A DNA stretch of 30,861 nt, from the IMG/VR virus record IMGVR_UViG_3300020043_001951, positions 1 to 30,861 of that record. One strand, written 5' to 3'. Numbering within the stretch: the first letter of the stretch is position 1; each line of letters starts with the position of its first letter. Below, piece after piece: positions 25,484 through 30,861 of this stretch. Both the position numbers and the translations under genes were made by a program. Below the pieces are notes generated by a model. That model had not been told where the DNA came from. It made no database searches and saw nothing but the letters and a program-made list of their open reading frames with translations. The stretch is from a virus (Duplodnaviria > Caudoviricetes).

Positions 25484-26179
25484 CTAGTTGATCTTATTCA
25501 GTAGCAGATCAAGTTGCTTGCGCTTGATGTCAAGTGCGACAGGTGCAGAAGGATCGTTGCGAAGTTTCGCAACAGTTTCAGTGAGCAACGCTGCTTGATC
25601 ATCACTCAGATTCATTCCTGCTTCAAGCACAGTGAGCGCATCAGCAAGTTGATCCACATCAGAACCTGTGCGCTGTGCAAGCGCATCAATGGAACGCACC
25701 TGTGCAGTTGTTGCAGTGTAAGCAGGGAAACCAGTCACAACAGAAACTTCATGCAATTTGATTTGACGCAGTTCGCGTGTCATCCCATCATCCGACCAGC
25801 GATCCCCACCAGAAGGAACAGTGAAACCGAAAGACATGGAATCAACATCGCCACGCTTCATGGACACAGCAAGATCACGCGCATAGGTGGTGTCTGGCAG
25901 TTGTGCTTCTGCCAACAACCCTGTTGCATCTTCAGTCAGTTTCAAAGTTTTGCTGCGTGTGGAAGCAAGAACAAGTGTGCTGTCATGGTTCAGGAACATT
26001 TTGATTGTGGCACGCGAACGCAACGATTTGCCGAACGCGCCAGCACGAATTGTTTCCGTGAATGGCAACGGTTCAGAAGGAGAATTGAACACTGCAGCGT
26101 ATCCACGAAAAGACATGCCATCGCCTTCTTCGCGTATCTCAAAATCTTGCACATTGATTTTGCGTATTTCCATTTTCAC
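25484..26179 (-). CDS. HK97-family prohead protease
   Basis: GYAAVFNSPS, GAF, FLNHD, SMSFGF, EVSVVTGFPAY. Confidence 0.95.
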   Translation of the reverse strand: MKMEIRKINVQDFEIREEGDGMSFRGYAAVFNSPSEPLPFTETIRAGAFGKSLRSRATIKMFLNHDSTLVLASTRSKTLKLTEDATGLLAEAQLPDTTYARDLAVSMKRGDVDSMSFGFTVPSGGDRWSDDGMTRELRQIKLHEVSVVTGFPAYTATTAQVRSIDALAQRTGSDVDQLADALTVLEAGMNLSDDQAALLTETVAKLRNDPSAPVALDIKRKQLDLLLNKIN

Positions 26180-27045
26180 TCACCATCCAAATCATCTGGT
26201 TCATCTGATTCTAAATCATCATCCATGTTGCTTGTCATGCCACCATAGGCTTCACCTGATTGCATGCGTGCATCAGTGATCAACACATTCGGGATGATCC
26301 AAAACTTGCAGATTGCGTTCGGTTTGATTCCGCCTTCAACAATTTCGCAAGCCTGACCACCTTCGTAGAAAGCACAGTTCGCACAGATCAAACCTTCATC
26401 CTGAAATGGTGACTCTTCCACATAGTGTGCGCCATCGCCATAGGCATCTTTCATCCATTTGCCTGTGCGCTCAGCGATATCTTCTAGCGCGTCATACAAC
26501 AACCATTGCTTGTGTGTCCAAGCATGCGTGTTCTCTTCAAGGCTTCGTGCTTCAGAATCCAACTGTTCAATGATCCGCTTCGCATAAGCCTGAGTCCGTA
26601 ACGCCTCTGAGCGTGTCGCACCCGAACCCCACAACAAATGCGCCACCACACCTGCAGTGATTTCGCCATCTTCAACTGCTTCCAAATCCACAAGGTGACG
26701 CGCAATCCATGCATTGATTTTGCGCCACTTCTGTTCACTGATTTCACCAGCAACCATTCTGCGTGCATCTGTGATTGTTTGCGGAACTAGACCATCGCCA
26801 CCTTTGCCTTCGGCATACAGGCGCAATCCTCTGCGCGCATTTGCACGCATGAAAACTGGTGCAGACAAATCAACAGCACGCAGTTCGCGTTCGCCACCAA
26901 TCGGTTCATCTGTTGCCAATGCGACAGCAACCATCTGATCAATCGCATCTTTCTTTGTGGTGTGGCAACCAAGCACAACACCATCGGCATCAACGGTTGC
27001 CCACCCTGAACAATCGGGATGATCTTTTTGAATAAAATATGGCAT
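26176..27045 (-). CDS. Head-module protein with C-terminal HiPIP-like four-cysteine domain
   Basis: MPYFI..GCHTTKKDAIDQ; WIARH, LLWG; CANCAFY...ACEIVEGGIKPNAICKFW. Confidence 0.75.
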   Translation of the reverse strand: MPYFIQKDHPDCSGWATVDADGVVLGCHTTKKDAIDQMVAVALATDEPIGGERELRAVDLSAPVFMRANARRGLRLYAEGKGGDGLVPQTITDARRMVAGEISEQKWRKINAWIARHLVDLEAVEDGEITAGVVAHLLWGSGATRSEALRTQAYAKRIIEQLDSEARSLEENTHAWTHKQWLLYDALEDIAERTGKWMKDAYGDGAHYVEESPFQDEGLICANCAFYEGGQACEIVEGGIKPNAICKFWIIPNVLITDARMQSGEAYGGMTSNMDDDLESDEPDDLDGE

Positions 27046-27305
27046 CAGTTTTCCTGTCTCAACCAACTAACAGTGTGACCATTCTTAGAAGAAATGATGT
27101 ACAACTGTTCCAAAGGATGCAACACCATTTGAATGCGTTCCGATTTTGCAACAACCAAACCATTCACGGTTGTCACATTCTCATCACCAAGATAGACCGC
27201 ATCAGTGTTGTCGTTGTTGTGAATAGTTAGCAAAGTAGAACCAGCAGCGCGACCATCAATGCGTGAAGCAGCAGTGCCAACAGACAACACACCATTAGTG
27301 ATCAT
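27045..27305 (-). CDS. Small beta-rich putative virion protein
   Basis: Coupled to portal stop; VYLGDENVTTVNGL. Confidence 0.65.
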   Translation of the reverse strand: MITNGVLSVGTAASRIDGRAAGSTLLTIHNNDNTDAVYLGDENVTTVNGLVVAKSERIQMVLHPLEQLYIISSKNGHTVSWLRQEN

Positions 27306-28654
27306 GGATATACGCTCGCAGGATCATCAGGGTTCACATTCTGCAAAGGTTGCAACTGTGTTGAAGGAACACCAGTGTGAGCAATCTCTGGCAAACCAAG
27401 AGCCTTCAAAGCATCTTCTGGTGAGAAACCAGAGAACACCAAAGTGCGCAACATGTTCACACGCTTTTCTGTTTCAGTCAGGTTCGCTGCGTTCAAATCA
27501 ATGTTCGCCAATGGCACACGGTAAATGTCTCCACCTTCAACAGATCGCATATCTTCCAACCTGTGAATGTCATTGATGTTCAAGAACCCTGCCTGAATGC
27601 CTGTGGAGTATGCAGCGAATCGTGACATGGTGTCACCACGCAACAAGCCTTCAACACTGAACTTCAGAAACACTTCCGAAGGCAGGAGGCGCGAATAGGC
27701 GGTTTCAAGTTTCTGGATGAATGGTCGCAAAGTGTGAACAACGAAATGGATTCCGTTCTGCTCAACACTGGCATACGACATCGCACCAGAAGATGTGACA
27801 CCAAGAAGCGAAGGTGGACAACGGAACAGGCGTGCAACTTCTTCCACAGCATGCTTCCGTGATTCCAACATTTGTGCTTCATTTGGATCAACACCAGTTT
27901 TGGTGAACTTTGCGCCACCAGAAAGAATGCCAGTGCGATGCGCTTTGCGAATACCACGATGCGATCCTTCAAACGAACTGCGCAGATTGTCTGCCTGTTC
28001 CTTAGTGAGCGCAGTTGGATATTCAATGATGCCTGAAGTGACAGAACCTTGACCGAAGAAACGCGCTGCAAACTCTTCCAATGCTTTCGTCAAACCAAGT
28101 GACTGTTTCATCAGATCAATGCGCGAACTTCCATGCAGTTCAGATGGCATGCGCATATCGGGAATGTGCAACATATCTTCCTGCGTTATCAGTTCGCCAG
28201 TGTCACGCATCTTGAACACGATTCGCAAAGTGCCATCGGTAAAGCGTTCGCGTGTGATCTCCACCTTGCGTGGATTCAAAACAACCAAACCAACAATTTC
28301 ACCATTGATACGCAACACGCGCACAAATGCTTCACCAGCCAACATGATTGAAATCAGCACTTGAAGAAAATGATCTTCGCGTGTCACACCAGAATCGGGA
28401 TAATCAATCCAAGATGGCTTAGGTCTGTACGGAACACGATCACCATCAATGCGCCTGTAGGTGTCCACAGGAAGTGTGCTGATAGCATCACCAATCAAAC
28501 GCACACACGCAAACACGGTATTGATTCGCAAAGAATCTTCCTGCGTAATAACAGTGCCAGCATCAGTGGTGTTGATCCAATAGTCACCTGCGCCCCAAAG
28601 TGTTTGGTATGAGATAGCACGCTTTTCTGTATTCAACAGGTTTTCCAGCATCAC
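27302..28654 (-). CDS. Portal protein, HK97 family
   Basis: VFACVRLIGDAISTLP, DMLHI, EAQMLESRK, EVARLFRCPP, TLRPFIQKLE, LLRGD. Confidence 0.95.
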   Translation of the reverse strand: MMLENLLNTEKRAISYQTLWGAGDYWINTTDAGTVITQEDSLRINTVFACVRLIGDAISTLPVDTYRRIDGDRVPYRPKPSWIDYPDSGVTREDHFLQVLISIMLAGEAFVRVLRINGEIVGLVVLNPRKVEITRERFTDGTLRIVFKMRDTGELITQEDMLHIPDMRMPSELHGSSRIDLMKQSLGLTKALEEFAARFFGQGSVTSGIIEYPTALTKEQADNLRSSFEGSHRGIRKAHRTGILSGGAKFTKTGVDPNEAQMLESRKHAVEEVARLFRCPPSLLGVTSSGAMSYASVEQNGIHFVVHTLRPFIQKLETAYSRLLPSEVFLKFSVEGLLRGDTMSRFAAYSTGIQAGFLNINDIHRLEDMRSVEGGDIYRVPLANIDLNAANLTETEKRVNMLRTLVFSGFSPEDALKALGLPEIAHTGVPSTQLQPLQNVNPDDPASVYP

Positions 28655-28794
28655 TCACCAATCTTCAAAGACACACCAGCCACAATCATAGTAACACCAG
28701 CAACAATGATGCCGAACGGAACACTCAACAATCCGACACCAACAGCCACAGAAAGCATCCCTGCGATCTGAATCCAATCACCTAACTTCATCAT
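28651..28794 (-). CDS. Small membrane protein between terminase and portal
   Basis: AGGAG SD; MMKLGDWIQIAGMLSVAVGVGLL... Confidence 0.65.
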   Translation of the reverse strand: MMKLGDWIQIAGMLSVAVGVGLLSVPFGIIVAGVTMIVAGVSLKIGE

Positions 28795-28799
28795 TTCTC

Positions 28800-30281
28800 C
28801 TAACTGAAAAACATTGGTGGCGCAGGTGGCGGTTCTTGCTTTCTTGAAGCACGATCCACAGCCATCACCATCGCGATACACGCATCAATCTTCCTGCGTG
28901 ACTTTCCTTTACTCAATCGCCAACCGTTATCTGTCATGCGTTGCGCTGCAGATAATACTTGGTCAGTGAACATAGGCGAACCATCGTGAATGATTTTGCC
29001 AGCCACAATCAGTTCATAAGTTGTGCCACACGCAGGAATCATGCGCTGACCATTCTGCGGAAACTCCAACATCGGCAACCCATCATCAAACAACGCTTCT
29101 GCTGAACGCTGAAAAAATGCAGGGTCATAGGCGAACTCAACAACATTGAAATCCCTGTGCAGTTGGCGCAAATGTTCTTCAACACCAGCCACATCCATCC
29201 CTTCAATATCGGGATGCCAAATGCGTGCCTGAACAGCGATCCTGTCACCCTGCGGTTGTGCCAACACCACAGCAATGCTGTCATGCTTCAAAGCCATATC
29301 CACACCAACAAAACAAGGTTCATCAGGATCAAACACAACAGAACCAGTACAAGATTCCCACGCACCTTTAGGCAACCAACATTCACCCGAAGTGCGAACC
29401 CACTGATTGAACCTGTATCGGCGCACTGCTGCTTCACCAGATTGTTGAATGCTGGTTTCCATATCTTCTTCATCCATCAACCCGATAGGCAGATTCGGAT
29501 TCGCTGCATACCACGCAGACCGATCATCCAACGAACAATCCGCAGGTGCTTCCCACCAGTAGAAACCAAACGCAGGATCATCAACATCACCAGCAGCAAC
29601 ACTCTTGCCGTAGTTGTAAAGCCGACCACACAGCGACTCCAAATCAAAACCTGCAGTCGTGATACCAATGATCATCGGTGACACACGCGCACCCGAACCC
29701 ATCGTGAGCGCATCCCACAAATCATCATTCGGTTGCACATGCAATTCATCAAAGATCACAGTGGATGGATTCAAACCCTGTTGCAGTTTCGCATCAGAAG
29801 AAAGCACACGAAAGATTGCGCCAGTTGCAGGAACTTCAATCACATCCCGATACACCTTGCAGATACCCGACAGTTCAGGACTGTTTGTGATCTGCCACTT
29901 CGCTTCATTGAACACCACACGCGCCTGTTGCCTGTCACCTGCTGCTGCATAAACTTCCGCACCTGCTTCGCCTTCAATCAACCCGTAGATACCAGCGAGA
30001 GAACCCAAAAGACTTTTTCCGTTCTTGCGTGGCAAACCAACAACCACACGCCGAAACCGAAACTTGCCATCAGCGCGCCACAACTGCGACCACACCAAAG
30101 AAGCAACAGGATCAAAACCCGAAGGTTCAGCAGGAACATTGTCAAGGCTCACAACTTCCAAAGCCGAAGAAGGAACAGGTGCAGCAGGTAACGCCTTCTT
30201 GCTTGGATTCCCATTCCGCCTGTGAACCTCAGTTGGTTTCGGTGGTCTGCCTCTTGGCGCACCAGTTCTAGGGGTCACCAT
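28800..30281 (-). CDS. terL: Terminase: P27-like small-subunit N-terminus fused in frame to large subunit lacking its N-terminus
   Basis: GRPPKPT...GNPSKK (TerS); PRKNGKS Walker A, VIFDELH Walker B, ITTAG, GVDMA..HD, KIDACIA (TerL). Confidence 0.85.
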   Translation of the reverse strand: MVTPRTGAPRGRPPKPTEVHRRNGNPSKKALPAAPVPSSALEVVSLDNVPAEPSGFDPVASLVWSQLWRADGKFRFRRVVVGLPRKNGKSLLGSLAGIYGLIEGEAGAEVYAAAGDRQQARVVFNEAKWQITNSPELSGICKVYRDVIEVPATGAIFRVLSSDAKLQQGLNPSTVIFDELHVQPNDDLWDALTMGSGARVSPMIIGITTAGFDLESLCGRLYNYGKSVAAGDVDDPAFGFYWWEAPADCSLDDRSAWYAANPNLPIGLMDEEDMETSIQQSGEAAVRRYRFNQWVRTSGECWLPKGAWESCTGSVVFDPDEPCFVGVDMALKHDSIAVVLAQPQGDRIAVQARIWHPDIEGMDVAGVEEHLRQLHRDFNVVEFAYDPAFFQRSAEALFDDGLPMLEFPQNGQRMIPACGTTYELIVAGKIIHDGSPMFTDQVLSAAQRMTDNGWRLSKGKSRRKIDACIAMVMAVDRASRKQEPPPAPPMFFS

Positions 30282-30843
30282 TGAATTTCCCCACTTCATT
30301 TCCCCATGCCGACCAACCAACGCGAGACTGACGCGCAAACATTTCAAGCCTACGCGCATCAGGGTACAAGCGTTCAATGCGATCCATCACTTCATCAGGC
30401 TTGCGTGAATGTTCACGCACAGGTGCAAGCACAGAATGCACAATGGATTCATCCGCAATCGGCATTGGTCTGCCTTTTGCAGTTGGTGATCCACACAAAA
30501 CGAACTCACAAGTTGGTTTGATGATTGATGGTCTTACACCTTGCGCACCAATCGGTTTGCCAGCCTGTGTAGTTTTCACCCATGTGAAAGCAACACCGCG
30601 AAAATGCAAACCCCACGAATGCAGGACACGCAATGCAACATCCAACTTGGAACTTGTTGCCCACATGAAAAGAACAGAATGCTTGAACAAAAGATCACGC
30701 ACAGGAAGCGCGCTGATCTCCTCTTCTGTCATTGTCGGATAGAACTTTGCCGCAGCAGACCACTTATCCTGCTGACCGTAATATGACCACGCAGGATCGG
30801 CAAGCACCACATCAAACTGTTCTGCTGGTAAATCAGCCGCCAT
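30268..30843 (-). CDS. MT-A70 family adenine methyltransferase
   Basis: FDVVLADPAW, LFMWAT, FTWVKT, REHSRKPDE, LEMFAR, GWSAWGNE; AGGAGG SD. Confidence 0.92.
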   Translation of the reverse strand: MAADLPAEQFDVVLADPAWSYYGQQDKWSAAAKFYPTMTEEEISALPVRDLLFKHSVLFMWATSSKLDVALRVLHSWGLHFRGVAFTWVKTTQAGKPIGAQGVRPSIIKPTCEFVLCGSPTAKGRPMPIADESIVHSVLAPVREHSRKPDEVMDRIERLYPDARRLEMFARQSRVGWSAWGNEVGKFNGDP

Positions 30844-30861
30844 AATCGTTCCTCCTGCTGT

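Noticed and set aside
30282-30377. N-terminal extension of the terminase ORF as given in the track
   Set aside because: Overlaps the MT-A70 gene; TerS-like sequence starts at ATG 30281
383-30786. Many plus-strand ORFs in the track (e.g. 7498..8112, 15361..16140, 23237..23827, 25514..26248)
   Set aside because: Antisense shadows of well-supported minus-strand genes, with no recognisable motifs or promoter/RBS support
1-30861. CRISPR array, tRNA, integrase/attP, DGR or reverse transcriptase, intron/intein
   Set aside because: No regularly spaced repeats, cloverleaf, recombinase, RT or splicing motifs recognised by eye; a dedicated scan was not possible

Overview
About 31 kb of a tailed dsDNA phage (HK97-type head, long non-contractile tail), almost certainly infecting an actinobacterium: it encodes a WhiB-family regulator and has leaderless-type promoters. 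Nearly all genes are on the minus strand. In transcription order (right to left): MT-A70 methyltransferase; terminase (an apparent in-frame TerS/TerL fusion or deletion); portal; a head-module protein with a HiPIP-like four-cysteine domain; prohead protease; major capsid; three glycosyltransferases plus a GDP-mannose-3,5-epimerase-like gene between capsid and head-tail connector; tail genes with a G/GT -1 frameshift; a three-gene insertion with its own promoter before the tape measure; lysis genes; a three-gene metallophosphoesterase module; then recombination/replication/early genes (YqaJ nuclease, Rad52/Sak-like annealase, SSB, WhiB, N4/N6 MTase, resolvase-like nuclease, replication initiator, XRE HTH, secreted SLT-like enzyme, a third MTase truncated by an inverted duplication at the window edge). 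The most notable non-standard structure is three dispersed accessory cassettes sharing one architecture: CCTT-N7-AAGG box, sigmaA-like promoter with its own palindrome, leaderless ATG 6 nt after the -10, then an in-frame SD and second ATG. Also notable: a four-hairpin intergenic RNA candidate with UCCUCCU loops and a nested dual-frame gene start. All protein calls come from motif recognition by eye, without database searches. No integrase, tRNA or CRISPR was seen.
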